Source: an uncultured Actinomycetota bacterium
GTDB taxonomy: Bacteria > Actinomycetota > Actinomycetes > JAHEKZ01
Assembly (NCBI GenBank): GCA_963829525.1
Contig: CAWHIJ010000003.1
Location: forward strand, 2,496,001 to 2,560,000
Direction: 5' to 3'
Length of the DNA: 64,000 nt
The notes under the pieces are model-generated. The model made no database searches. It was not told the origin of the DNA and was given only the letters and a program-made list of their open reading frames with translations. The position numbers were made by a program, and so were the translations under genes. Below, piece after piece: positions 39,645 through 50,721 of this stretch. Each line of letters opens with the position of its first letter. Position 1 is the first letter of the stretch.

Positions 39645-40495
39645 CGAAGCACCCTCGTTTCGGTTGGCAGGCGCCCGATCCGCATCATCAGCCGATACGC
39701 CCCCATCGAGACGAGGGCGCCGAAAAGCAGGACTCCCGCCCCGGCAGGGGTGTTATAGGCAGCAACCGCAGCAGGGCGCGTACCGAGCAGCAGCAGGAGA
39801 ACCCACGGGGCGGCCACGGCAAGTCGTGCCGCGTTGACGGTCCAGCTCTGTCGACTCTCGAGCTCCCCCCGGACCCGGGAATCATCCCGCAAGAAGGTAG
39901 CGAGCGTCCGTAGCAGCCTCCCAAGGTCAGTGCCGCCCACTTCGCGCGCCAACCGGAGCGCCTCTACGACTCGGTCGCCAACGGGATCGGAGAGGGCAAG
40001 CTTCAGGGCGTCCAAAGACTCAGAAAACCGCCCAGACGATCGGTAAGCCGCAACGAAGGAGGCGAAGGCCGGCCTCAACTCCTCAGGCCCGGAATCACTG
40101 AGCTGTCCAACGGCCTCCGGAAGGGCCAACCCAGCCCTGATCCCTGAGGCCAAGTGCTCGATAGCATCTGGCCAAACCTGCCTCAACTCAGCCTGACGTC
40201 TGCGTTGCACATGGCGGACCCATGCAATCGGTAGAGGAGCAACCACTCCGCCGATCGCGATAGCGACAACTGTCGACTCGGACATCGCAAAGACGACCAG
40301 CCCAACGACGCCCCCAACTGCGCCGCAGACCAACACAAGTCGAGACGAACTCACGTGAGCCATTCCCGCCTCAGACAACAGCTCGGTAAGCCGTGAACGC
40401 CGCGGCTCAAGCATCAACTGGGGAGCGACAGCAGTCCACAGCGTGAGCGAGAGCCCTAGTCCGAGAGCCAGGGACAGACTGAGTTGTGTCACCAT
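39641..40495 (-). CDS. tadB: TadB / type II secretion F family protein
   Basis: WPDAIEHLASGIRAG; AREVGGTDLG; RQSWTVNAARLA. Confidence 0.85.
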   Translation of the reverse strand: MVTQLSLSLALGLGLSLTLWTAVAPQLMLEPRRSRLTELLSEAGMAHVSSSRLVLVCGAVGGVVGLVVFAMSESTVVAIAIGGVVAPLPIAWVRHVQRRRQAELRQVWPDAIEHLASGIRAGLALPEAVGQLSDSGPEELRPAFASFVAAYRSSGRFSESLDALKLALSDPVGDRVVEALRLAREVGGTDLGRLLRTLATFLRDDSRVRGELESRQSWTVNAARLAVAAPWVLLLLLGTRPAAVAAYNTPAGAGVLLFGALVSMGAYRLMMRIGRLPTETRVLR

Positions 40496-41727
40496 GAACG
40501 ACCCTCGGCAAGCAGTGACATGAGGTCGATGCCTCGTTCCTGAAAGCGGTCGGCATGCGGCGGTAATCCGGAGCCCCGAATCAGGGAGCCATCGCGCCAT
40601 CGGAAGAGGTGCTCCAGCTCAATAACGTCACCTTCCGCGCGCCCGGGGACACCGACAACCTCACGAACCCTGCGACGTCCCAGTGCGTCGTTCATCACAT
40701 GCACCACTACGTCGACGGACGTCGCAACAGTGGGAACGACGAAAGAGTGGCCGACATTTTCTCCGGCAAGCAGCGGCAGCGTACACAGCTTTGTCACCGC
40801 CTCCCGCGCGGAGTTTGCGTGCAGCGAACACATACCAGGCAAGCCGCTATTCAACGCGATCAGAAGATCCAGGCACTCCTCTTGACGGACCTCTCCCACA
40901 ATGATTCGCGAAGGACGCATCCTCAACGCCTCCTTGATTAGGCGTCGCAGCCGAATTTCACCCGTTCCCTCAAGACTGGCCTGACGGGTCTGCAAGGCCA
41001 CCACGTCAGGCAGCGGAACTTGCAGCTCGAATACTTCTTCCACCGTGATAACTCGTTCGTCTGGCGGGATCGCCGCAGCGAGGCAGTTGAGCAAAGTGGT
41101 CTTACCGGCCTGAGTACCTCCAGCGACAATGATGTTGAGGCCAGCAACGACGCAGGCTTCGAGGAACTGGGCTGCATGCACAGTGAGCGTCCCAAATCCC
41201 ACGAGTTGGTCAAGACGTTCCGCTTTGACGACGAACTTTCGGATGTTGACCGCCCAATGCTCCCGAGTGATGTCCGGGATCACCACGTGGATCCGGCTTC
41301 CATCGGGCAACGTCGCGTCAACGAAGGGCGAACTGAGGTCCACCCGCCGGTTGGACGGCTTGAGCATGCGCTCGACGAGGTCGCGCACCTGTTCGCCCTT
41401 CAGCAGCGTCGGGGTGAGTTCGCTCCGCCCACCTCGTGCCACGAACACTCGACCCGGGGAGTTGATCCAGAGCTCTTCGACGTTGGGATCATCGAGGTAC
41501 TGCTGCAACGGCCCCAGCCCCGCAACCGCGTCGATGACGTCGCGCGCCAGTTGGTCCGCATCAGCGATGGGTACTACGTGGCTTCCGAGGCTGCGTTGCT
41601 CGTAGTCGGCTAGCACCTCGTCGACAACAACGCGCACCGACCGTGGGTCCGTGAGCGGGTCGATTCCCCGCACTCGGACCCTGTTGCGCACCTCGGTCTC
41701 CACCACCGATGCAGAATCCATCCCCAT
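40489..41727 (-). CDS. cpaF: CpaF/TadA pilus assembly ATPase
   Basis: GGTQAGKTT; ALRMRPSRIIVGEVR; HANS. Confidence 0.93.
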   Translation of the reverse strand: MGMDSASVVETEVRNRVRVRGIDPLTDPRSVRVVVDEVLADYEQRSLGSHVVPIADADQLARDVIDAVAGLGPLQQYLDDPNVEELWINSPGRVFVARGGRSELTPTLLKGEQVRDLVERMLKPSNRRVDLSSPFVDATLPDGSRIHVVIPDITREHWAVNIRKFVVKAERLDQLVGFGTLTVHAAQFLEACVVAGLNIIVAGGTQAGKTTLLNCLAAAIPPDERVITVEEVFELQVPLPDVVALQTRQASLEGTGEIRLRRLIKEALRMRPSRIIVGEVRQEECLDLLIALNSGLPGMCSLHANSAREAVTKLCTLPLLAGENVGHSFVVPTVATSVDVVVHVMNDALGRRRVREVVGVPGRAEGDVIELEHLFRWRDGSLIRGSGLPPHADRFQERGIDLMSLLAEGRSW

Positions 41728-41970
41728 CCCACACTCCCCTCGGGTTGCGGGAGCCTAGGGATGACACAGCCCCTGCTCAACCTCTTCGACGAAACTGGGG
41801 ATAACCTCCGCCCACAAGGCCGAACTGCATCACCCAGCACAACTGGACCCTCACCGAACGTGTCACTACGCGCGGTGACCTCTCCGCCGTGATGAGTGAC
41901 AAGGGACTCTGGCAATCGCCTGCCGAGCACGCCAGAGTGGTCGGCACGGACGTTGTCACTGGGAGGGCTC

Positions 41971-42801
41971 ATGTGCCGTTGGATGGCGTACTCCGGATCA
42001 CCGGTGCTGCTCGAAGACCTGCTCTACCGGCCGAAGCACTCCTTGATCGACCAGAGCCTGCACTCCAGACTCGGCGCTGAGACCACCAACGGCGACGGCT
42101 TCGGTGTTGGCTGGTACGGCATCGGCGTGGAGCCAGCGGTGTTCCGCAGCATCGAACCGGCATGGAACGACCGCAACCTCCGCGAGCTCTCTCGCCAGAT
42201 CACATCGCGTCTCGTCTTCGCACACGTGAGGGCGTCCAGCGGCGGCGCGATCCAGCAGACGAACTGCCACCCGTTTCGACATGAGAACTGGCTCTGGATG
42301 CACAACGGCCTCATCTTCGACTTCGGCCTGCTGAAGCGCGACCTGATCCTTCAGATCGAGCCCGACCTCTACCCGAACATTGAGGGGTCAGCCGACTCAG
42401 AGGTCTTCTTCTATCTCGCGCTGTCCTTGGGGTTGCGCGAAGACCCGCCCACGGCAGTCGGCCGTGCGGCCGGCCTCATCGAAGAGGTGGCTCGCCAGCA
42501 CGGGGTCAAGAACCCACTGCAGATGTCGGTTGCCACCTCTGACGGATCGACGATCTGGGCGTTCCGGTACTCCAGCGACGGCAAAGCGCGATCGCTCTTC
42601 TACAGCACCGACGAGGAGACCTTGCGCCGCATGTATCCCGACAACGAGGTTCTGCAGCAGCTCAGCGCAGAGTCACGGTTGGTCGTTTCCGAGCCGCTGA
42701 CGGACCTTCCCGGCGTCTGGAACGAGGTTCCCGAGTCGTCGTATGTCGTTGTGCGTGGTGGCCACGACAACTTTCTTCCGTTCGTCCCCATCGCTGGGTG
42801 A
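41971..42801 (+). CDS. Class II glutamine amidotransferase (EgtC/YafJ-like)
   Basis: N-terminal MCRW Cys; NGDGFGVGWY; AHVRAS; NCHPF; HNG; DSE. Confidence 0.9.
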   Translation: MCRWMAYSGSPVLLEDLLYRPKHSLIDQSLHSRLGAETTNGDGFGVGWYGIGVEPAVFRSIEPAWNDRNLRELSRQITSRLVFAHVRASSGGAIQQTNCHPFRHENWLWMHNGLIFDFGLLKRDLILQIEPDLYPNIEGSADSEVFFYLALSLGLREDPPTAVGRAAGLIEEVARQHGVKNPLQMSVATSDGSTIWAFRYSSDGKARSLFYSTDEETLRRMYPDNEVLQQLSAESRLVVSEPLTDLPGVWNEVPESSYVVVRGGHDNFLPFVPIAG

Positions 42802-42807
42802 CGGCAG

Positions 42808-44001
42808 TCAGACGGTCATCAGGAAACGCTCTACGTCCGCGGCATTGCTGTAGTGAGAGAGACTTACTCGGACCGCACTGCCCGAGTCACGGATGCCGAG
42901 CGCACGGGTGACCTCGTATGCGTAGTTGTGGCCATGCCAGGCGTTGATGTCGGCATCGGCGAGACGCTGTGCCGTCTGCTCGGGGCTTTCACCGGCCACT
43001 CGGAAGTAGACCGTCGCGGTACGGCTCTTCGGATGCCCATAGAGCGTTATCCGCTCGTCACCCGCAAGAGTGGCCAACATCTGATCAAGAAGCTGTGTCT
43101 CGTGCTCATGCGCCGCCCCGAGCGAGGTGACCAGACGCTCCCGACGTGAACCTCGGGCCTCCGCGTCGAGCGCGGCCAGGTGGTCGACGGCAGCCGTCAC
43201 GCCAGCGAAGTTGGCGTATGACGGCGTGCCCCACTCGAAGCGGTCGGGAACATCGTTCGAAGACGACGCCAGCTTGAAGGGAGAGATCTGCTCGAGCAGC
43301 CGCGGGTCCGCGATCAGACACCCCACATGCGGACCATCCCACTTGTACGCGCTCGTGACAAAGATGTCGGATCCGAGCTCTGCAACATCGACCACACCGT
43401 GTGCGGTGGAGTGCACCCCGTCCACGTAAGCCAAGGCACCAACGGCATGGGCAACGTCGGTGATGGCGCGCACATCGGGCCGGGTACCTAGCACGTTGCT
43501 GGCCCCAGTGACGGCCACAAGGCGTGTCCGTTCGTCGACCAGCTCGCTGTACTGGTCAGCCGGAAGCTCGCCTGACTCCACATCGACCCGGGCCCACCTG
43601 ACCTCGACGCCGGACGCCTCAGCCCACTGGACCCACGGACGCACGTTGGCGTCGTGGTCGAGCTCGGACACCACTACGTTGTCGCCCTCTTTCCAGCCAC
43701 GAGCGAGGGCCTGCGCGAACCGGTAGGTCAAGGTGGTCATGTTCGGTCCGAGGACCACGCCGCGCGGCTCACTCGCTCCGACAAGATCGGCGACTGCCGA
43801 CCGCGCAGCCGCCGCGTACTCGTCCGCAGCACGGCTGCTTGCAAAGACTCCCCCGCCATTGCTAGTTCCCGAGCGGTATGTCTCGGCAATCGCCTCGATC
43901 ACCGACGTCGGCGACTGAGTGCCGGCGGCACCATCGAGCCAGACGCGATTGCCCGCGAGAGCCGGGTAGAGCGCCCGGATGCCTTCGACGTCGTAGCTCA
44001 T
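42808..44001 (-). CDS. Cysteine desulfurase-like class V PLP enzyme
   Basis: DGAAGTQ; LDHDANVRPW; SAYKW; RVSLSHY. Confidence 0.9.
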   Translation of the reverse strand: MSYDVEGIRALYPALAGNRVWLDGAAGTQSPTSVIEAIAETYRSGTSNGGGVFASSRAADEYAAAARSAVADLVGASEPRGVVLGPNMTTLTYRFAQALARGWKEGDNVVVSELDHDANVRPWVQWAEASGVEVRWARVDVESGELPADQYSELVDERTRLVAVTGASNVLGTRPDVRAITDVAHAVGALAYVDGVHSTAHGVVDVAELGSDIFVTSAYKWDGPHVGCLIADPRLLEQISPFKLASSSNDVPDRFEWGTPSYANFAGVTAAVDHLAALDAEARGSRRERLVTSLGAAHEHETQLLDQMLATLAGDERITLYGHPKSRTATVYFRVAGESPEQTAQRLADADINAWHGHNYAYEVTRALGIRDSGSAVRVSLSHYSNAADVERFLMTV

Positions 44002-44002
44002 C

Positions 44003-47000
44003 TCATGCCCTACTTCCTGCCGTTGCGACCAAGGTACGGACAACTCGCAGGGCTACCGAGAGGGTGGCCAGGTCGAAGCTGTCACTCGAGGCAATCTCGT
44101 GCAGAGTGTTTCCCGCCCTGCCAAGACCCTCGGCATTGGCGTTCTCCCAGTCGGTGATTCGCTCCTCGGGGCTGCCACCTTCTGGCGTCAAGGTGAGGAC
44201 GTTCGACGTCAATCCGGCGAGTGCACCATAGAGGTCGTACCTTAGAGCCATTCGCGCCAGCGCGTGCCACCGCTCATCACGTGGAAGCTCGGTAATCCGA
44301 TTGAGCATCTTGTCGACCTCAAAGCGGTCAGAGAGCGCGAAGTAGACGAACCCTACGTCGTCGGCTTCTTCGCCGGTGGCATTGGCCAACTCGACGATAT
44401 CGAGCAGTGAGAAAGCGTCGAGGTGGGCAGCGGTGACAAGAGCCAGCTCGTCAGGCACACCCTGCCCGGTGTACTCCGCCACACGACGCAGGAGTCGCTC
44501 CTGCTCAGCGCCCCGAAGCATCTGCGGAATTTCAGTGATGAGACCCTTCACCTGCGAGAAGTGCTCGATCTCAGCGTCGATCTCGAGCAGTGAACGGCGG
44601 CTCTGCAAGAGCCACCGTGACGCCCGGTCGAGTAGGCGTCGGCTCTCGAGATAGAGCCCGGACTGGGCTCGAACAGGGACGCGGTTATCGAGCTCAGCAA
44701 CCCGTGACCAGAACTCGTCAAGCCCGAAGACCTCGCGAACCACCGTGTGAGCCCTCGCGATCTCGACCGGAGTGGCACCCGTCTCCTCCATGGCCCTGAA
44801 GCCAAAGGTGATTCCTCCCCTGTTGATGATCTGGTTCACGACAACCGTCGTGATGATCTCGCGGCGGAGGGGATGCCCAGCTAGCCGATCGGCGTAGCGA
44901 GAACTGATCGCAGACGGGAAGTATGACTCCAGTACCCGCTGGAAGTACGGCTCGTCCGGAAGGGGGCTGTCGAGCAGGTCGTCAGCGAGAACCATCTTGG
45001 AGTAGGCCACCAGCACCGAGAACTCAGGTGACGTCAGACCACCCCCTAGTGCGTCGAGTCGGTCGATCTCGGCATCGGACGGCAAGAACTCCAGTGACCT
45101 GTTGAGCTCATCACGCTCCTCGAGCCATCGCATGAAACGCTTGTGAACCGGGAGCATCGAGTGACTTTGCGCTCGTGCGTTGGCCAGCAAGACGTTCTGC
45201 TCGTAGTTGTGACTCAGCACATGCTCGGCGACGTCATCGGTCATCTCCGCCAACAGCTCATTGCGCTGCTTCTGCGTCAGATCGCCTGACCGCACCACGG
45301 AGTCGAGCAGGATCTTGATGTTGACCTCGTGGTCGGACGTATCAACTCCAGCCGAGTTGTCGATTGCATCGGTGTTGATGAGTACCCCTGCTCGCGATGC
45401 TTCGATGCGACCAAGCTGGGTGAAGCCGAGGTTTCCGCCCTCGCCGACCACGCGGACTCGCAGGTCGGCCCCGTTGATACGGATGGCGTCATTGGCTTTG
45501 TCGCCGGCCTCCGACGACGACTCCGAGGTGGACTTGACATAGGTGCCGATCCCGCCGTTCCAGAGCAGGTCTACGGGGGCGCGGAGGATCGCCCGCATCA
45601 GCTCCTGTGGGGTCTTTGAACCGATGTCCTCGGGAAGTCCAAGCACCTGCGCTACCTGCGGGCTGACCGGGACGGCTTTCAGAGTGCGCGCGTAGACGCC
45701 TCCGCCATCTGAAAGCAGAGACTGGTCGTAGTCCTCCCAACTGGACCGAGGAAGCTCGAACAACCGCTTGCGCTCCGCGAAGGACGACGCGACATCAGGG
45801 CTTGGGTCTAGGAAGATGTGTCGGTGGTCGAACGCTGCCACGAGCCTGATGTGCTCGGAGAGCAACATTCCGTTCCCGAACACGTCTCCGGACATGTCGC
45901 CGATGCCAATGACCGAGAAATCGTCGGTCTGGGTGTTCAAGCCGAGCTCGCGGAAGTGGTGCGCAACCGACACCCACGCACCACGCGCGGTGATCCCCAT
46001 CGCCTTGTGGTCGTAGCCCACTGACCCACCGGATGCGAAAGCGTCGCCGAGCCAGAAACCGTAGCTTTGTGCAATGCCGTTGGCGATGTCAGAGAACGTG
46101 GCGGTCCCCTTGTCAGCAGCTACCACAAGGTAAGGATCGTCACCGTCACGGCGCACGACATCAGCCGGCGGTACCACCGAGGACTCCACCAAGTTGTCGG
46201 TGATGTCGAGGAGCGCGCTGATGAACGTGCGGTAGGAGGCAACTCCCTCGGCCAACCACGCCTCACGGCCGTCAATCGCCGGGTCGGGAAGTCGCTTGGG
46301 AAGGAAGCCACCCTTGGCCCCGACTGGAACGATGACTGCATTCTTCACTGCTTGCGCCTTCACCAGACCCAAGATCTCAGTCCGGAAGTCTTCCCGACGG
46401 TCAGACCATCGGAGCCCGCCTCGTGCGACAGCTCCAAAACGTAGATGGACACCCTCGACTCGCGGCGAGTAGACCCAGATTTCGAACTTCGGGCGGGGAA
46501 GTGGCAGGTCAGGGATGGCAGCCGGATCGAGCTTGAAGGATACGTACGACTTAGGTCCACCATCCTCACTGACCTGGTAGTAGTTGGTACGGAGAGTGGC
46601 GTTGATGAGCGATAGCAGCGATCGAATAATCCGGTCCTGGTCGAGGCTACTGACCGCGTCCAGGCCCTCACGCACCTCTGTGGTCAGCTGCTCAGCGGTG
46701 CCCTCGCGGTCACCGGGGAACTTCGGATCAAACCGAGTCTCAAAGAGCCGAACAAGCAGTCGCACGAGCTCGACATGCGCGGCCAGCGACTCCTCGATGT
46801 ACTCCTGGCTAAAGGTCGCCCCAGCTTGCCTCAGGTACTTGACGTAGGCCCGCAGCACCATCGCTTGCCGCCAGTGGAGGCCGGCCGAGACGACCAACCC
46901 GTTGAACCCGTCGGACTCAGCCAGCCCTGACCAAACCGCGCCAAATGCGTCCTGGAAGAGCACCTTCAGCTGTTCGGTGGCGGTAGTTACCTGACCAGAG

Positions 47001-48868
47001 GCCACGCCACGGTGGTAGAGCCCGAAGTCGTAGAGCCAAATCCTGGTGCCGTCGGCGAGGTCGACCTCGTACGGTCGCTCGTCGAGGACCTCCACCCCCA
47101 TGCGTTGCAGGTAAGGAAGCACCTGCGACAGCGAGATCTCCGTTCCGACGCGGTAGATCTTGAACCTGAGCTCACCAACTTCTGCGCCAAGTGGCTCGTA
47201 GAGGTTCATGCCAAGTGGTCCGTCCGGCCTAAGCGCCTCCATGCGCCGGATGTCGGCAACAGCAAGCCGTGCAGGGAAGTCCTCCTTGTACGCCTCGGGA
47301 AATGCATCCGCGTACTTCTTGAGCAGTACGACAGCGTCGGCCTCACCGAGCTGGTCCAGGAGGGCATCGGCCAAGTCGTCATCCCAGGTGCGTGTTGCCT
47401 GCGTGAGCCGAGCTTCGAGAATATCGGCATCAACTTTCGGGATCGTGCTTCCAGCTGCACCGCGGACGACGTAGTGCAGGCGGGCGAGCACCGACTCAGA
47501 GACGCGCGCCGTGTAGTCGGCGCTTTCGGCACCGAAAACTTCCAGCAGGATCGACTCCATCGCCAGGCGAACTTGCGTTGTGTAGCGATCCCGTGGCAGA
47601 TAGACAAGGGCCGATGCGAAGCGGCCATAGACGTCGTAGCGCAGGAAGAGTCGGACTTGGCGGCGCTCCTGGAGGTGCATGACACTGACCGCGATAGGCA
47701 TCAGCTCATCGACGTCCATCTGGAAGATCTCGTCGCGCGGATACGTTTCGAGGATCTGCAGCAGGTCCTTGCCGCTGTGGCTCATGGCCGCAAAACCGCT
47801 GGTCTCGAGAATCGACTTCACCTTGCGACGGAGCACGGGGATACGGGTGACACTCTCGCTGTAGGCGGAGGTCGTGAACAGGCCGAGGATTCGCCGCTCA
47901 CCCGTGACGTTGCCTTGCGCGTCGAATGTCTTGATGCCGATGTAGTCAAGGTAGGCGGGCCGATGAACCGTTGAGCGGCTGTTGGCCTTGGTAAGAATCA
48001 AGAGCTGCTTCTCGCGGGCCTTGGCCCGCACCTCCGGCGGCAGCTTGCTGAAGGCCGACGACTCAGTGTGGTCCCTGCGCAAGAGTCCCAGCCCGGTTCC
48101 CGCCTTGGTGACGAGAACATCCTCACCGTCGTGCTCCCGCAGCTCGTACTCGCGGTAGCCGAGGAACGTGAAGTGCTCGTCGATCAGCCACCGAAGCAGT
48201 TCCCACGCGTCGGCGACCTCTTCGGGAGGCAGCGGTGGCGGTGACTCGTGCAGCTCATCTGCCAACCGCTGGGCGGCCTCACGCATCTTCGCCCAGTCCT
48301 CGACGGCATCTCGCACGTCTCGTAGCACATCGGAGAGACGACGTTCAACTGCACGCAGTCGATCCGGATCAGAGATCCGGTCAACTTCGAAGTGCATCCA
48401 TGACTCAGAAACCACACCTGGGCCCTGTCGCTCTTCACGGGTGAGGAGCATGCGTCGCAGCTCACCCACCAGACTGCGCTCGACAGTGAACTGCGGGTGC
48501 ACCACGAGATGCAGGGAGAGGCCCTCCTGCGCCAGAGTCGAGGTGACCGAATCGACAAGGAAGGGCATGTCGTCGGTGACGATCTCGACGACGGTGTGGG
48601 GAGACACCCACCCGTGAGAGTCCAGCGTCGGGTTGAAGACGCGAACCTGTGCCGTTCCCACCGGCCGTTCAGCAGCGAGTCTCCGCTGCGACACTGCTGC
48701 ACCGAAGACGTCAACCGGGTCTCGTCCGACCAGACCCTCGTCCGACACGTGGCGGTAGTACGCCCGGAGGAATTCCGGCAGATCGGGCAGGTCTTCGACC
48801 GAGCGCTCGGCTTCAACGACAGCCCGGCTGATCAAATCTGACTTGGCAACACCTGCGTTGCTCAGCAT
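44003..48868 (-). CDS. gdh: Large NAD-specific glutamate dehydrogenase
   Basis: 1621 aa; ARGGLRWSDR, KNAVIVPVGAKGGF, VVAADKGTA, GIGDMSGDVFGNG. Confidence 0.96.
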   Translation of the reverse strand: MLSNAGVAKSDLISRAVVEAERSVEDLPDLPEFLRAYYRHVSDEGLVGRDPVDVFGAAVSQRRLAAERPVGTAQVRVFNPTLDSHGWVSPHTVVEIVTDDMPFLVDSVTSTLAQEGLSLHLVVHPQFTVERSLVGELRRMLLTREERQGPGVVSESWMHFEVDRISDPDRLRAVERRLSDVLRDVRDAVEDWAKMREAAQRLADELHESPPPLPPEEVADAWELLRWLIDEHFTFLGYREYELREHDGEDVLVTKAGTGLGLLRRDHTESSAFSKLPPEVRAKAREKQLLILTKANSRSTVHRPAYLDYIGIKTFDAQGNVTGERRILGLFTTSAYSESVTRIPVLRRKVKSILETSGFAAMSHSGKDLLQILETYPRDEIFQMDVDELMPIAVSVMHLQERRQVRLFLRYDVYGRFASALVYLPRDRYTTQVRLAMESILLEVFGAESADYTARVSESVLARLHYVVRGAAGSTIPKVDADILEARLTQATRTWDDDLADALLDQLGEADAVVLLKKYADAFPEAYKEDFPARLAVADIRRMEALRPDGPLGMNLYEPLGAEVGELRFKIYRVGTEISLSQVLPYLQRMGVEVLDERPYEVDLADGTRIWLYDFGLYHRGVASGQVTTATEQLKVLFQDAFGAVWSGLAESDGFNGLVVSAGLHWRQAMVLRAYVKYLRQAGATFSQEYIEESLAAHVELVRLLVRLFETRFDPKFPGDREGTAEQLTTEVREGLDAVSSLDQDRIIRSLLSLINATLRTNYYQVSEDGGPKSYVSFKLDPAAIPDLPLPRPKFEIWVYSPRVEGVHLRFGAVARGGLRWSDRREDFRTEILGLVKAQAVKNAVIVPVGAKGGFLPKRLPDPAIDGREAWLAEGVASYRTFISALLDITDNLVESSVVPPADVVRRDGDDPYLVVAADKGTATFSDIANGIAQSYGFWLGDAFASGGSVGYDHKAMGITARGAWVSVAHHFRELGLNTQTDDFSVIGIGDMSGDVFGNGMLLSEHIRLVAAFDHRHIFLDPSPDVASSFAERKRLFELPRSSWEDYDQSLLSDGGGVYARTLKAVPVSPQVAQVLGLPEDIGSKTPQELMRAILRAPVDLLWNGGIGTYVKSTSESSSEAGDKANDAIRINGADLRVRVVGEGGNLGFTQLGRIEASRAGVLINTDAIDNSAGVDTSDHEVNIKILLDSVVRSGDLTQKQRNELLAEMTDDVAEHVLSHNYEQNVLLANARAQSHSMLPVHKRFMRWLEERDELNRSLEFLPSDAEIDRLDALGGGLTSPEFSVLVAYSKMVLADDLLDSPLPDEPYFQRVLESYFPSAISSRYADRLAGHPLRREIITTVVVNQIINRGGITFGFRAMEETGATPVEIARAHTVVREVFGLDEFWSRVAELDNRVPVRAQSGLYLESRRLLDRASRWLLQSRRSLLEIDAEIEHFSQVKGLITEIPQMLRGAEQERLLRRVAEYTGQGVPDELALVTAAHLDAFSLLDIVELANATGEEADDVGFVYFALSDRFEVDKMLNRITELPRDERWHALARMALRYDLYGALAGLTSNVLTLTPEGGSPEERITDWENANAEGLGRAGNTLHEIASSDSFDLATLSVALRVVRTLVATAGSRA

Positions 48869-48969
48869 CGACGAGCTGCTCCCGTTCCGTCGGTCGGCCG
48901 GGGCCTCAGCCTACCGCCCGCGAGCGGTCAGTGCTTGATCCGGGTGCCCGGCCGAGCGCGCCGGTCCCA

Positions 48970-50631
48970 TCAGACGAATCTGTCGGTCTGGCTGTCCCTG
49001 CTGCCGTGTCCGAAGTACGCGCCGCCGGCGACCTTTGGCGGCACCATCGTCTCCTTGATCGCTCGCGGGCTGACCCACCGCATCAAGTTCAGCGGACTGC
49101 CAGCCTTGTCGTTGGTCCCGCTGGCTCTCGCGCCGCCGAATGGCTGCTGGCCAACGACGGCACCGGTCGGTTTGTCGTTCACGTAGAAGTTGCCAGCGGC
49201 GAATCGGAGTTTTTCGGCGACCTTCGCCACAACGCCCCGGTCACGAGCGACGACTGATCCGGTCAGGGCGTAGGGGCTGATCCCCTCCATCTGGTCGAGC
49301 ATGGTGTCGAAATGGTCATCTTCGTATACATGGATTCCCAGGATCGGCCCGAAGTACTCAGAACGGAAGATGTCATGTGTTGGATCGGCACTCACAAGAA
49401 CTGTCGGTCGAACAAACCATCCTTCGGCATCATCAGTTGTCCCCCCCGCAAGAACCTCCACGTCAGGATCGGAGGCGGCGCGCTGGAGCACATCTGCATG
49501 CTTGGCGAAGGCCCGTTGGTCGATTACCGCTCCCATGAAGTTGGAGAGGTCGGTGACATCACCCATCGTGAGACCGTCAACATCGGACGCGAGTGCGTCT
49601 CTCAACTCGCCCCAGAGGCTGCGGGGGACGTAGGCGCGCGAGGCCGCAGAGCACTTCTGTCCCTGATACTCGAAGGCACCACGGACCAGAGAGGTGCGCA
49701 GTACGTCGATGTCAGCAGACGAATGCGCGACCACGAAGTCCTTCCCTCCCGTCTCTCCCACCAGCCGCGGATAGGAGCGGTATGACGTGAGGTTCTCGGC
49801 CATCCGCTTCCAGAACGACTGGAACACCGGAGTTGATCCGGTGAAGTGAATTCCGGCCAGATCGCGGTCGGCAAAGACCACGTCACTGGTCTGTGTGCCG
49901 TGGCCAGTCACCATGTTGATCACTCCGGGTGGCAGGCCAGCCTCCACCAGCAGCTCCATCAGCAGCGAGGCCGCGAACTGCTGGGACGACGCTGGTTTCC
50001 ACACAACGGTGTTACCCATGAGCGCCGGGGCGGTTGGCAGGTTCCCGGCGATAGCAGTGAAGTTGAACGGTGTGACGGCGTAGACGAATCCCTCAAGCGG
50101 GCGATGGTCGAGCCGGTTCCAGACCCCAGGGGATGAAATCGGCTGCTCGCCCAGCACCTGCTTCCCGAAGGCGACGTTGAAGCGCCAGAAGTCGATCAGC
50201 TCACAGGCAGCGTCGATCTCGGCCTGAAAGGCGGTCTTGGACTGCCCGAGCATCGTCGCCGCGTTGAGCCGGTCTCGCCACGGTCCGGCAAGCAGGTCGG
50301 CGGCGCGCAGCAAGATCGCGGCCCGGTCGTCGTAGGAAAGCGCACGCCACTCGGGAGCTGCAGCCTTTGCCGCCGCCACAGCGTTGCTGGCGTCCGCAGC
50401 GGTGGTGTCCCGAAGTCGACCAAGAATGTGATGTCGGTTGTGTGGCTGCACCACAGCCATCTCGTCGCCCGACCCCATCGTCGCCCGACCGCCGATGACC
50501 ATCGGCAGTTCCCGCTCGGCCCCTGCGAGGTCCTTGAGGGCAGCCTCCAGGCTGGCCCGTTCGGCCGCCCCCGGCTGGTAGACCCGAATCGGTTCGTTGC
50601 GCGGGAGTGGAACCTGTGAGACAGCGTCCAT
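48970..50631 (-). CDS. pruA: L-glutamate gamma-semialdehyde (P5C) dehydrogenase
   Basis: PFNFTAI, FTGST, ETGGKD, EYQGQKCSA, NDKPTGAVVGQQPFGG. Confidence 0.95.
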   Translation of the reverse strand: MDAVSQVPLPRNEPIRVYQPGAAERASLEAALKDLAGAERELPMVIGGRATMGSGDEMAVVQPHNRHHILGRLRDTTAADASNAVAAAKAAAPEWRALSYDDRAAILLRAADLLAGPWRDRLNAATMLGQSKTAFQAEIDAACELIDFWRFNVAFGKQVLGEQPISSPGVWNRLDHRPLEGFVYAVTPFNFTAIAGNLPTAPALMGNTVVWKPASSQQFAASLLMELLVEAGLPPGVINMVTGHGTQTSDVVFADRDLAGIHFTGSTPVFQSFWKRMAENLTSYRSYPRLVGETGGKDFVVAHSSADIDVLRTSLVRGAFEYQGQKCSAASRAYVPRSLWGELRDALASDVDGLTMGDVTDLSNFMGAVIDQRAFAKHADVLQRAASDPDVEVLAGGTTDDAEGWFVRPTVLVSADPTHDIFRSEYFGPILGIHVYEDDHFDTMLDQMEGISPYALTGSVVARDRGVVAKVAEKLRFAAGNFYVNDKPTGAVVGQQPFGGARASGTNDKAGSPLNLMRWVSPRAIKETMVPPKVAGGAYFGHGSRDSQTDRFV

Positions 50632-50721
50632 GCGATGACCTCTCACGAATCGTCGTGACCAGTGATGTGGTCATCGTGGCACGGGCCGATCACTTGCGAC
50701 AGACTGCCCGCAGCCCAGCCC